Counted from the stretch's first letter, positions 19,447-29,864 are shown. The stretch: 64,000 nt of DNA from Candidatus Hermodarchaeota archaeon (GCA_048885925.1 JBHLLG010000007.1:22806-86805), one strand, 5' to 3'. Program-made: numbers and translations. The notes: generated from the letters alone by a model not told the origin.

Positions 19447-20160
19447 CTAAAAATATGACTTAATTTCATATTCATTTAATTCCTCACGTGAAAAGGTTTT
19501 ACTGATTCTTCCTTTTTTTAAAATGATTAAATCATCACAAAGTTGTTGGAATACATCAATTTTATGAGTTGTAAGAATTATTGATATATTTTTATCATTT
19601 TTTAATTCTCTAAAAAAATTAATTAACATTTGGGTTGCATTGTAATCTAAACCCGAAAATGGCTCATCCAAGAAGAGGATTGGTGGATCATGTATTAACA
19701 CTCTAATTAATTCTACTTTTTGTTTCATTCCATGAGATAAAATTCTAACAGGTTCGTTGATCCAATCTGTTAAGTTGAATTTATTGCAATAATGCTTAAT
19801 TTTAGTCTCAAGATTCTTTTTCTCAAAATTCAAATGCAAATTAGCATAATATTTTAAATTTTCAAAAATAGTTAATTCTTGAAATAGAAAAGACTCATCA
19901 GTATTAATTCCAATATTTTGTTTTATAATGTCAGAATTATCCTCATAATTCATTCCATTTAGTATAATTTCACCTAATGTTGGTTTGAGCAATCCCGATA
20001 AAATCTTAATTAATGTTGTTTTACCTGCTCCATTTGCCCCCGCAATTCCAAAAATCGTATTTTCTCTAATTTTAAAAGAAATTTTTCTTAACGCAAAAAA
20101 ATATCCAAATTGTTTTGCAACATTATTGCAAGTTATTATGGTGTTATTTGATATGAACAT
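19447..20160 (-). CDS. ccmA: Heme exporter ABC ATPase CcmA
   Basis: GANGAGKTT, LSHGMKQK, LDEPFSGLD; ccm context. Confidence 0.85.
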   Translation of the reverse strand: MFISNNTIITCNNVAKQFGYFFALRKISFKIRENTIFGIAGANGAGKTTLIKILSGLLKPTLGEIILNGMNYEDNSDIIKQNIGINTDESFLFQELTIFENLKYYANLHLNFEKKNLETKIKHYCNKFNLTDWINEPVRILSHGMKQKVELIRVLIHDPPILFLDEPFSGLDYNATQMLINFFRELKNDKNISIILTTHKIDVFQQLCDDLIILKKGRISKTFSREELNEYEIKSYF

Positions 20161-20316
20161 GATCTCAATTGTAAGAGCTTAAACTATTTATCTATTGACT
20201 ATTAATAAGTGTTTAATTATTCAAAACTTTGTTTTAATATATTTATTAAGGTAAAAAATTATAAATTCTTAAAATGGAATAAAATAAAATTGAAAAATAA
20301 TATATTGAATAGATTT

Positions 20317-22035
20317 TTAGGCCTCAATTATTTTTTTCGTTGGAAAAAAAGTGATAAGAATTGAAGGAATTATTCCTATTAATAGTAGTATGAATCCTGG
20401 AATGAAAAAAATATCTTGATAATTCGAATTCATTAAAAATCCAGCAAGGATTAAGGAGATCCCTGCATGAATTATTGTTTTTGAATTCAATCTGAAAAAG
20501 TATTTTACTCCCTTTTTCATATTGAAATTTTTTATCAATTTGAATAGGGATGAAAATAACGATATCAAATAAATAAATAAAACAGGATTTATCCATATGT
20601 TTGAGGTAATTACAAGTATAAACGAAAGTACTGATTGAATTGAAAATCCTATAAGTATAACTAATCCTATCCATTTAATCTCGAAATATTCCCATAAGGA
20701 GCAAAAAGTAAGCGATAACGCTAAACCAGTAGCTAATATTAATGTTGTAATTATATAATAATCTATTTCAATTAAAATAATATCTAAAGGAAGAAAATTT
20801 GAGAGGATATAGGTAAAAGGGGGAACAAATAAGCCAAAGGTACATACAAAAGCTAAACCAAACAAAAATAAATAACTAAAATAATCAAATAGTAACTTTT
20901 TATTTCGATATTCCTCCATCAAATAATCTAGGACAATATAAATAACATAAAGGGAAAAAATGATTAATATAAGACCTAAAACTACTACCCATATAACTAG
21001 CTCTGCACCTTCAGCAAACGCATGAGCCGAACTTAACCCTCCTCCCCTTGTAATCAATGTTGAAAAAACGATTGAAGAAAAAATTAAACCCACATTAATG
21101 TTAATCAATTTAGGATTTTTTTTTTTAAAAATCATAGTATGAAAGAAAGCTGTTATGAAAAACCACGGAATAAGTGAAACAGTCTCAACAGGATCCCACC
21201 CCCAATATCTACCCCAAGGAGTCAAGGCAATTTTAGCCCAATATGCACCTAATCCAATACCTAAAGAGAGAACTAACCATCCAAATTTTAACGAAAAAGT
21301 ATAGAAATCCTGTTGATAGGTTCCTAATAATTTTTCTTTCCGAGTAATTGTTTCAGCAATTGTAATTGTAAAAGGAATCAAGAAAATAGCATACGCAATA
21401 AATGTAAAAAATGGATGCCATATCATAAATGGAGATATTAATAATGGATTTAACCCTAAACCATTAGGGAAATCAGGGGGTGAATTAATTTGAAATGGAT
21501 TCAATGAAAATAAAACAATCAAAAATATAATTGAAATAATTATTGAAATGATAACAGAACGTATAAAAACTAAATCTTCTCTATTTTGATTCTTAAGTCT
21601 ATATAAACTAATTATTATTGAATTAAAAACCATCCATGTCATAATCGAACCATCTTCTCCTGCCCAGATTGCAACAATTTTATATATTAATGAAAGTGTA
21701 GAATTGCTATAATTCATAACATATACTATTTCATAAATATTATTAAGAAAACTATACATCATTAATATAAACATAAATATTGTTAAATACACGTTAAAGA
21801 GAGAAAAGATATAATAATTTTGACGTTTAAAAACTATATAAACAAAATCAATAATCAATACGAAAATAAGAACCAATATAACATAATTACCTAAGGTTGA
21901 TATGAGAAGAACTCTAAAATTATATTCAATCAGATTTAAGACTAATGGTAGAATAAAGATTAATCCTAAAATTATTCCAATGTTAATAATAATAGACTTT
22001 TTTATTGACAATTCATCAAACTTCATATTTTTCAC
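20317..22035 (-). CDS. ccmF: Cytochrome c synthetase CcmF
   Basis: WAGEDGS, GLNPLL...WHP, WGRYWGWDPVET, FFH, SAHAFA. Confidence 0.93.
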   Translation of the reverse strand: MKNMKFDELSIKKSIIINIGIILGLIFILPLVLNLIEYNFRVLLISTLGNYVILVLIFVLIIDFVYIVFKRQNYYIFSLFNVYLTIFMFILMMYSFLNNIYEIVYVMNYSNSTLSLIYKIVAIWAGEDGSIMTWMVFNSIIISLYRLKNQNREDLVFIRSVIISIIISIIFLIVLFSLNPFQINSPPDFPNGLGLNPLLISPFMIWHPFFTFIAYAIFLIPFTITIAETITRKEKLLGTYQQDFYTFSLKFGWLVLSLGIGLGAYWAKIALTPWGRYWGWDPVETVSLIPWFFITAFFHTMIFKKKNPKLININVGLIFSSIVFSTLITRGGGLSSAHAFAEGAELVIWVVVLGLILIIFSLYVIYIVLDYLMEEYRNKKLLFDYFSYLFLFGLAFVCTFGLFVPPFTYILSNFLPLDIILIEIDYYIITTLILATGLALSLTFCSLWEYFEIKWIGLVILIGFSIQSVLSFILVITSNIWINPVLFIYLISLFSSLFKLIKNFNMKKGVKYFFRLNSKTIIHAGISLILAGFLMNSNYQDIFFIPGFILLLIGIIPSILITFFPTKKIIEA

Positions 22036-22124
22036 CTAAAATGAAAGAATATAAAACTTTAAATAAAGATTTTTGAAATATTTCATGACCTAATTAAAAA
22101 TTCTTTAAAGATTAAAAAAAAAGT

Positions 22125-24992
22125 TTAAGGAATAAATCTCTTCTTCTTCGAAGTTCTTACTATTAATACTATTCCCACAACTATAATACCGATTGTACTA
22201 GAATATATTATTAACTCATTTGTTTCTATTATTATCAAAGGATTAATGTTAGTTGATTTATCTGTAACCATAATGCTCTCAAGATAAGAATTCCAATTAT
22301 TATTAATGTCCTTTGCATGAATAGTAAAGAATAATTCTCCTGTATTACTTGGAGTCCAATTAATGTATTCCCAAGTATCTCCAAGTATATTCACCATAGT
22401 ATGGTTAAAACCTTCAAATTCAATGAAAACTTCACTGACACCAGAAAAATCGATAAGTTGTACTTGAATAGATACAGATTGCCCTAGAGTAATAGATTCT
22501 TCTGATTTCACCAGATTATAAAAATTTGGACCTGTCATATCTTTAATAGTAATGTTATCCTTTAATGAACCAATATTATTAATAGAATCAAATGCAAAGA
22601 TCTCATAGATTTTTAGACCTGTATTATTTGAAGTCCATATATTGCTTTGCCAGGTAAATCCTCCACTGAATGTCATTGTGTAGTTAATCTCTTCAATTTC
22701 TAATAATACTAGAGTTATTGGAGAAAAATCAGTAACATCTACTTGAATTATTGGCGTATTTCCTAATTCTAATGGATCAGTAATTTCAATTAAATTTGTT
22801 AATTTTGGACCAATTGTATCGATAACAGTAAGGTTATTATTTATGGAATTATAATTCTCATTTGAATCTTTGGCGTAAATAGAATAATTTTTTATTCCAA
22901 CAGATTGAGGAATCCAAGTATTATATTGCCAAATTGTACCTCCTATATTTGTCATCGTATAATTGCTCCCATCAATTTCTATAGAAACCAGTGTGATAAT
23001 TGAAAAATCTGTAGCATTAATTTGAATAATTGCTGTTTGTCCTATTTCTAATGGATCATAGTTTTCGTATAAGTTTGATAACTTTGGTGCTATAGTATCG
23101 ATTGTTTCAATAAATCCACTTGTACTATTCCAAATATTGGAATTATCTTTAATATAAATGGTATATGTATGCATATCGACTATACTGGGCTTCCAAGTAT
23201 CATATAACCACGTATTTCCTCCAATATAAGACATTGAATGATTCACACCTTCAAATTCAATTTTAACCTGGTTAATACCTGAAAAGTCTTTAGCATCAAT
23301 CGAAATCATAACTGAATTACCCAATTCGAGAGGATCACTACTTTCTGTTAAATTTTCAAAAATGGGCGGAGTTGTATCTAAAACCAATATATTATCACTA
23401 ATTTGATTCCAATTATTTAAAGAATCATTCGCAAGAATTTTAAACACTTTTATTCCAGTTGAAATTGGTGTCCACGTATATTCGTATCTAATAGCTCCAA
23501 CTTTCACCATTGTATGATTTATTCCTCCAATTTCGAAAAATACTTTACTTACTCCATCAGCATCTTCAATATCAACTTGAATAGTTTCGGGTTGACCTAG
23601 TTCTACGGATTCAGCACTTTTTGATAAGTTTTGAATTATTGGTCCTGATGATAGAATAACTTCAATAGAACCTATAGTCATGTTTAAATTATTGTTATTA
23701 TCAATCATGTAAATAGAATAATTATAAATCCCTATAGATGCTGGCTTCCACTGAGACCATCTCCACGTATTACTTCCAATAAAAATCATAGTGTGATTAA
23801 CATTATTATATTCAAGAAATACATCTTTTACTCCAGAGCCTGGCGAATCATAAACCGTAATTGTTATAGTTTCGTTATTCCCTAATGGGAGAGGATCAGC
23901 ACTTTCAATTAAAAAATCATATTTTGGTGCTATTGTGTCAATTACAGTAATATCACTACTAATAGAGTTCCAATTTCCTTCGATATCATTAGCATAAATT
24001 GTATAAGATTTTAACCCCATACTTATTGGTATCCAACTATTGTATTCCCAGGTTGAACTACCAATTTTCGTCATTGTATTATTAACATTATTGAGTTCTA
24101 TTAGAACGGAACTAATTCCTGATAAGTCAGAAACATTAATTTGAATAGTTTCTGTTTGACCTAGTTCTAAAGGATCAGCACTTTCAATTAAATTTGAGAA
24201 TGCTGGAACTGTAGTATCAATTACATTAATATTTCCAATAATCGAATTCCAACTTCCATCAGTATCATTTGCATAAATTTTGTAACTTTTGATACCAATT
24301 GTATTTGGAGTCCAATTAAATTCATATGTATTGCTTCCAATGTTTGACATTGTATAATTATTACCTTCTAACTCAATCAAAACAGTATCGACACTCGTTT
24401 CAGCGTCTATTACATCTATTTGAAAGCTTTCTTGCCCTCCTAGTTCTAGGGGATCACTGCTCTCTAGAAGATTATTAAATTGAGGTGGTAAGTTTTGTAC
24501 TTGAACATTTAGTATTAAATCTCCATGCGTAAAATATGAAGCAGAACCCCCTGCTCTGTATATTGCATCAGCGTGGAGAGTATAAGTTTGTTCAACAGAG
24601 GGAGCAGTAACTTGAAAGTTTAGAACTATAGAATTACCAGAACTATCTATGGAAACTGATTGTTGAGTTGTAACAAAAATAAAATCTTTATTATCAGCTC
24701 TGCCTGGACTACCACTTGGAAATCCTGCCTCAATATTGTTTCCCTGTGCTTCTGTAAAGCTTATTATTTGAATGCTAACTGTAAAAGTTTCGCTCGGATT
24801 GATAGTAGTTCCCGAACTTGATAAAAGCGTGATATATCCTGTGGTACTCTGTGTAATATTTCCATGACAACTACCATGACCTTCACCAGAAAAATCATTA
24901 AAATCTTCTGTTCTAGCTAAAGCAAAACCTAGAATTAAAAAAACCAGTATAATTGTGATTAAACCAGATGACATTTTTTTATTTATTCTCAT
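22125..24992 (-). CDS. Cell-surface protein: HxxCH (HGSCH) head domain, 8 Ig-like repeats, C-terminal TM anchor
   Basis: Signal-like N-terminus, HGSCH at 24878-24864, eight ~94-aa repeats starting P.F.NL.ES.DPLELG, C-terminal hydrophobic helix and KKKR. Confidence 0.8.
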   Translation of the reverse strand: MRINKKMSSGLITIILVFLILGFALARTEDFNDFSGEGHGSCHGNITQSTTGYITLLSSSGTTINPSETFTVSIQIISFTEAQGNNIEAGFPSGSPGRADNKDFIFVTTQQSVSIDSSGNSIVLNFQVTAPSVEQTYTLHADAIYRAGGSASYFTHGDLILNVQVQNLPPQFNNLLESSDPLELGGQESFQIDVIDAETSVDTVLIELEGNNYTMSNIGSNTYEFNWTPNTIGIKSYKIYANDTDGSWNSIIGNINVIDTTVPAFSNLIESADPLELGQTETIQINVSDLSGISSVLIELNNVNNTMTKIGSSTWEYNSWIPISMGLKSYTIYANDIEGNWNSISSDITVIDTIAPKYDFLIESADPLPLGNNETITITVYDSPGSGVKDVFLEYNNVNHTMIFIGSNTWRWSQWKPASIGIYNYSIYMIDNNNNLNMTIGSIEVILSSGPIIQNLSKSAESVELGQPETIQVDIEDADGVSKVFFEIGGINHTMVKVGAIRYEYTWTPISTGIKVFKILANDSLNNWNQISDNILVLDTTPPIFENLTESSDPLELGNSVMISIDAKDFSGINQVKIEFEGVNHSMSYIGGNTWLYDTWKPSIVDMHTYTIYIKDNSNIWNSTSGFIETIDTIAPKLSNLYENYDPLEIGQTAIIQINATDFSIITLVSIEIDGSNYTMTNIGGTIWQYNTWIPQSVGIKNYSIYAKDSNENYNSINNNLTVIDTIGPKLTNLIEITDPLELGNTPIIQVDVTDFSPITLVLLEIEEINYTMTFSGGFTWQSNIWTSNNTGLKIYEIFAFDSINNIGSLKDNITIKDMTGPNFYNLVKSEESITLGQSVSIQVQLIDFSGVSEVFIEFEGFNHTMVNILGDTWEYINWTPSNTGELFFTIHAKDINNNWNSYLESIMVTDKSTNINPLIIIETNELIIYSSTIGIIVVGIVLIVRTSKKKRFIP

Positions 24993-25140
24993 GTAAATCC
25001 CCTTTTTTTAAACGTTAAACATTAAAATTCTGAATTCTAAATGGAAATGTTTTTAAACGTTTAAATAAATTCAATTTTTTTGAATTTAAATTACTCAAAT
25101 ATATTATATATTTGATTAAATTAAAGAAATCTAAAATAAT

Positions 25141-25234
25141 TTATAAGATTACCTTAAACTGGTTATTTTAAACAATCGATTGATATTGTGTTTCATTTTC
25201 TGACTGTTTTTCTTTTTCAGTTTCAAATTGAAAT
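25141..25234 (-). promoter_or_regulatory. Second copy of the conserved upstream block
   Basis: Minus strand ATTTCAATTTGAAAC-N15-GTCAGAAAATGAAAC-N13-ATTGTTTAAAATAACCAGTTTAAGGTAAT. Confidence 0.65.
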
Positions 25235-25578
25235 ATCCAAATCTACTTGAATTTTACTTATTTTAGTCAAGTCAAATTAAATGCTATTTTATAAGATTTT
25301 TCAACTTTTCTATTCCAAATTTTATTTTTATATATGTAGTTTTTTTAAAAAATATAATTCAAATATTGCACGAATTGTCCCTAAAAACAGCTTAACTTTT
25401 TTGTTTAGGAAACAAAATAAAAATTTCAATAATTAAAAAGCTCATTGTAGAAATTAGGTGAAATTATTGCTATAATATTTTAAAAAGGCTTTGATTTTTA
25501 AAATATATTAATCAAGTTTATAAAAGTATAAAAATATAACAAAAAGCAAAAGAATTCATAAAATATTGGATAAGAACC

Positions 25579-26421
25579 ATGAAAAAGAAAATTCTTTTAT
25601 TTTTAATTATTGTCAGCTTAATGCCAATTTTAGTAATCTCTTTCGGAACAAGTAGACCTGGTTATGGTGATACTCATGATGTTTGCCATGATACAGCGGG
25701 ATATACAATTGATACTACTGCTTTAGAAGAGATTCCAGCAATCATATCATCAAATGTTATTTTTAATATTACGGCAACTGGATCTAATTTATTTGTTCAA
25801 GCAATATCTGGTGCTAAAGATAACGATCTCTTTGTAATATTACCAACAACAGATAGAATTAATGAAAGTTCTATTCATGATTTAGATCCAACTCCTAATT
25901 CAATTAAAGTTATATTTAACGTTACTACACCCTCAGAGGATGGTTATTACACAATTTTCATTATTGCAGGGAATGACGCAAGTGGACAAATAAACTTCGC
26001 TTATCAACAGATCTATATTAATGTTGGGGGAGTTACAGCACCACGCCCTGTTTTTAATATTTTTGATCATTTTGGAATGTTTCTTGGTTTACCTGCATTA
26101 ATTTTTCTGACACTAGGGACGATATTAGTATTAGTAAATGAAAGTAAATTTGTTAAAGTTCATGGGATTTTAGCAGGATCTTCTTGGATTTTAACATTAA
26201 TAAATGTAGTAACTCTAGTAACAAAGAATCCGGCTATCTGGGTTGCATTTCCTTTAACTACACATTGGACTCACATTTTTTTAGGAGGTTTTGGATTACT
26301 TACCGGATTATTTAGTATGTTTTTTGGAATTGCAGCAGAACGTAAACCAGCAAAAATAACGGGATATATTACATTGATTTGCTGGTGGGGAGCTTTCTTT
26401 TTTGGTTTTTTATTTATATAA
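25579..26421 (+). CDS. Exported HxxCH (HDVCH) domain fused to a 4-TM His-rich cytochrome b-like domain
   Basis: HDVCH at 25675-25689; TM His residues (DHFG, KVHG, THWTH); C-terminal half paralogous to 42511-43065. Confidence 0.7.
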   Translation: MKKKILLFLIIVSLMPILVISFGTSRPGYGDTHDVCHDTAGYTIDTTALEEIPAIISSNVIFNITATGSNLFVQAISGAKDNDLFVILPTTDRINESSIHDLDPTPNSIKVIFNVTTPSEDGYYTIFIIAGNDASGQINFAYQQIYINVGGVTAPRPVFNIFDHFGMFLGLPALIFLTLGTILVLVNESKFVKVHGILAGSSWILTLINVVTLVTKNPAIWVAFPLTTHWTHIFLGGFGLLTGLFSMFFGIAAERKPAKITGYITLICWWGAFFFGFLFI

Positions 26422-26510
26422 AAAGGAGGGAATAAATAATTACAACTAATGCAACTAAAAAAGGACTAAATATTGAACAAAATGTAAAAAAAGCAAGGAG
26501 ACAAAAATTT

Positions 26511-27926
26511 TTGGATTCAATTAAAAAATTTATTTCTCCTTATCATGTAAGTACTAATCCATATGAACTAGAATCTGCTTCAGCAGACCTCACATCATTA
26601 CCCTCTTATCATTATAAGTTTAAGAAAAAATATCTTGCAAGTTACATTATTCGTCCAGCAGATACTGATGAACTTTCTTTGACCATAAAAAAGTGTAGAG
26701 AATTAGAGATTCCAGTTACAATTAGAGCTGCTGGTACTTCTTGCTTTTCTTCAGCTACACCTTCTAAAGGTGGTGTTATTATAGATGTGCGTAGAATAAA
26801 TAAAATTCTTGAAATAGATACTAAAAAAATGACTGTCAAAGTTGGAAGTGGAATTTCTTGGTTAAATTTAATAGAAGCACTTGCAGATCATGGACTTGAA
26901 CCAAAAGTTTTTCCAACAAGCTTTAAGACTTCGTGTGTTTGTGGTTTTATAGCTACTCCAGGAAAAGCAGGGATTGGGGTCTTAAAATATGGTCCAATGA
27001 AAGATTCAATTATTTCACTAACCATGGTACGCCCTGATGGTTCAATAATTAAGGTTTCAAGAGATTCAAACCAAGACGTTTCGCTGGATGATATTGTTGG
27101 AACTTATGGAATATATGGTGCTATTACAGATGTTGAATTATCAATAACTACACTTAAAACATCTTTAGAAATAATTGGTTATGGTTTTGATTCAATTAAT
27201 CAAGCTTTTAACTTTTATTCAACATTAAAGGATCAACTTCCAAATGTACCGTTTTTCCTTTCTATTTCAGGTAGAGATTTTGAAAAATATTCTCATGTAA
27301 GTTTCCCTGAGCGTGAATGGTTAGTTTGGGCAGTTTTTTATGATGATCCTGAGGAAACCTCTAAAAGCATATCGGCTGTTAAAAATTTTGCTTCAAAGAT
27401 GAATGCTTTCGAAGTTGAAAGTTCTTACTTAAAGGAAAAATGGCGAGATATTAGTGATGCTGAAGTATCGATAGGATTATCCGCGAGAAATTTAATATTT
27501 CAGGAATATTGGATTTCTGATGAAAGATTACAAGTTTTTATAGAACAATATATTAAACAGAAAAGACGGTACAAATTTCCTACAGCCACCTATTCTATCT
27601 CAGGAGAAAAAGGATGGACTAGAGTTAAGATTTTTGGTTTATCCGATATTAGTAAACCACGTGAATTTTTTGCTGTTAAGGCATTTTTACATGATTTATC
27701 AAAATATGCCTTTAATCAAGGTGATCGACTCTATACTATAGGAATTGTTAATACTTTCTATTTACATAAATATAAACCTGAAGAAGTGGCAAAGAGAAAA
27801 CAATTAAAGGATGAATTGGATCCCCAACATTTATTCAATTCATACAGAATAATTGAAGCAAAGATGAAATTCTGGAGAATATCTTTACTATTTAATACAG
27901 CGAAATTTTTATATAAATTATTTTAA
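26511..27926 (+). CDS. FAD-linked oxidoreductase (GlcD/VAO-PCMH family)
   Basis: IRAAGTS, GGVIIDV, GTYGIYGAIT, DPQHLFN. True start may lie upstream at 26436 or 26439. Confidence 0.85.
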   Translation: MDSIKKFISPYHVSTNPYELESASADLTSLPSYHYKFKKKYLASYIIRPADTDELSLTIKKCRELEIPVTIRAAGTSCFSSATPSKGGVIIDVRRINKILEIDTKKMTVKVGSGISWLNLIEALADHGLEPKVFPTSFKTSCVCGFIATPGKAGIGVLKYGPMKDSIISLTMVRPDGSIIKVSRDSNQDVSLDDIVGTYGIYGAITDVELSITTLKTSLEIIGYGFDSINQAFNFYSTLKDQLPNVPFFLSISGRDFEKYSHVSFPEREWLVWAVFYDDPEETSKSISAVKNFASKMNAFEVESSYLKEKWRDISDAEVSIGLSARNLIFQEYWISDERLQVFIEQYIKQKRRYKFPTATYSISGEKGWTRVKIFGLSDISKPREFFAVKAFLHDLSKYAFNQGDRLYTIGIVNTFYLHKYKPEEVAKRKQLKDELDPQHLFNSYRIIEAKMKFWRISLLFNTAKFLYKLF

Positions 27927-28053
27927 GAATTATTGTAATAATTACAAACATAAATCAAATTAATGATATTTAGAATAAAATATAATGATTAACTTTAATA
28001 AAAAATTAGAATATCTTAAATTGAAAACAATAATAGATAAGAGATAAGAATAT

Positions 28054-29394
28054 ATGAATGAAAGTGAAGAAGCATCAGATTTAAAAGATGTAATTACTTC
28101 AGGTCCTCCAGTTGCAGGATTAGTTGCTCCTTCTAGAGAAAACCTCATTAAACCCTCAACAAAGTTGAAGGATAAATACTCATATGAGCGTTGTACCCAT
28201 TGTGGATATTGTCGTCATGTTTGTAAGGTGTATAATGTATCTTGGAGTGAAACGGATTATGCTGGTGGTCGTAATAGAATAATTAAAGCATTAGATCGCA
28301 AAGATGTAAAATTTGATCGTGAAGAAATCATTCCTTCTGTTTTTCGTTGTATGTTATGTGGAAATTGCCAAGAAGTTTGTCCAGTTGGAGTTGAAACTTT
28401 GAGTGTTTTTCAACACTTACGCAAACAAGTTGTTAAAAAGGGAGCTATACCCGCAAAGTTAAAAATCCTTAAAAATTCGATATTAGAAAATAACAATCCC
28501 TTCCTTGAACAACATGTAGATCGATTTAATTGGTGTGAATCATGTGAAGAAGGCGCAAGAGCATATTCACGCGCAAAAGATAAGTTTGATGCCTTAAAAG
28601 AAGAAAAACCTTATACTGTGGGTTATTTTGTCGGTTGCACTTCTTCTTACAGGAATAAAGAATTAGTTTCATCTACGAGTAAAGTTTTAGAGAAATTGGG
28701 TATTGAGTTTGTTGTTTTTCCCGATGAACAATGTTGTGGTTCAGTTTTATTTCGAACCGGATTAGAAAATGCCGCTCTTAAACTTGTAAAACATAACTAT
28801 AAAATGATCCGTAAAAGTGGTGTAAAAGAAGTCGTATTTTCATGTTCTGGTTGCTTCTCGACATTTAATCTCGAATACTCACGATTAATCGATCATCAAC
28901 TTGAATTTAACCTTTACCATCTTACTCAATTCGTTTTGAAAACTGTGAAAGAAAAGAATCTTAAAATTAGATATACAAAACGTTCAAAAGATGACCCATT
29001 ACTTATTACATACCATGATCCCTGTCACTTAGGTAGATATTGTGGAGTTTATGAAGAACCCCGAGAACTAATAAAAATGATTGAAGGAGTAAAGCTTTTC
29101 GAGATGAAACATAACCGAAATATGTCTTGGTGTTGTGGTGCTGGAGGTGGTGTGAAAGCGCTTTATGGTGATATCGCAGTTGAGGTAGGTAGGGATAGAT
29201 TAAATGAAACTCGTGCTTGTATGATACGAATTCGTGAGGATCGTCTTAAAGAAGCGTTAGAAACCAGTGCCGAGGTTCTTGTCAGTTCTTGTGTTTTTTG
29301 TAAGAATAATCTATTCGAAGTAGCAAATGAAGATAATTCTCCAATAAAAGTTATGGACATTTCTCAACTTTTAGTCGATTGTGAATTTTATTAA
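28054..29394 (+). CDS. GlcF/HdrD-like Fe-S protein (2x[4Fe-4S] plus two CCG domains)
   Basis: CTHCGYC, CMLCGNCQEVCP, CCGS, YHDPCHLGR, CCGAGGG. Confidence 0.88.
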   Translation: MNESEEASDLKDVITSGPPVAGLVAPSRENLIKPSTKLKDKYSYERCTHCGYCRHVCKVYNVSWSETDYAGGRNRIIKALDRKDVKFDREEIIPSVFRCMLCGNCQEVCPVGVETLSVFQHLRKQVVKKGAIPAKLKILKNSILENNNPFLEQHVDRFNWCESCEEGARAYSRAKDKFDALKEEKPYTVGYFVGCTSSYRNKELVSSTSKVLEKLGIEFVVFPDEQCCGSVLFRTGLENAALKLVKHNYKMIRKSGVKEVVFSCSGCFSTFNLEYSRLIDHQLEFNLYHLTQFVLKTVKEKNLKIRYTKRSKDDPLLITYHDPCHLGRYCGVYEEPRELIKMIEGVKLFEMKHNRNMSWCCGAGGGVKALYGDIAVEVGRDRLNETRACMIRIREDRLKEALETSAEVLVSSCVFCKNNLFEVANEDNSPIKVMDISQLLVDCEFY

Positions 29395-29471
29395 AAAAAT
29401 TAATGAATTTATCCCAAATCGTAAGATTTTCTCAAAAATATTCGATAATTAAATCATAATTATTTATTTCC

Positions 29472-29864
29472 TTACGTTTTATTTATTGGTTCAAATCCAA
29501 TAATGTGAGGAGAGTCAATAATTTTACCCTTTGCCCATACAACTTTGACTGTCATACCGATTTTTAAATTTTTTTTTGTTGTATTTAATATAGGCATTAT
29601 AATTGGAGTATCAGACTTATCAACTTGAACCAATCCATATAATTCTTTATTATGTTTGACTTCTTTTCTTTTTATTGAACTTCCCGAATTTATATAATTT
29701 TTTAAAACGCCAGTCTCTGGTAATTCTATGAGTTCATCAGTATCTTCTAAACAATTTTGACATTTACTTTTAGGAGGAAAGTACACTTTTTTACATTTAG
29801 AACATTTAGAACCATAAATTATCTTATCATCTAATCCGCTATAGAATTCCTTTAATATATACAT
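29472..29864 (-). CDS. DUF35-like Zn-ribbon/OB-fold protein
   Basis: GSKCSKC...FPP...CQNC followed by an OB-fold (LKIGMTVKVVW). Confidence 0.8.
   Translation of the reverse strand: MYILKEFYSGLDDKIIYGSKCSKCKKVYFPPKSKCQNCLEDTDELIELPETGVLKNYINSGSSIKRKEVKHNKELYGLVQVDKSDTPIIMPILNTTKKNLKIGMTVKVVWAKGKIIDSPHIIGFEPINKT

Noticed and set aside
28190-28230. CTHC/CRHVC and similar strings as heme c sites
   Set aside because: They belong to ferredoxin-type CxxCxxCxxxC motifs in cytoplasmic proteins and are not CxxCH.
29190-29240. In-frame ~15-aa insert in the GlcF-like proteins as a further intron
   Set aside because: No stop codon, no BHB found by eye, and it is conserved at protein level in both paralogs.
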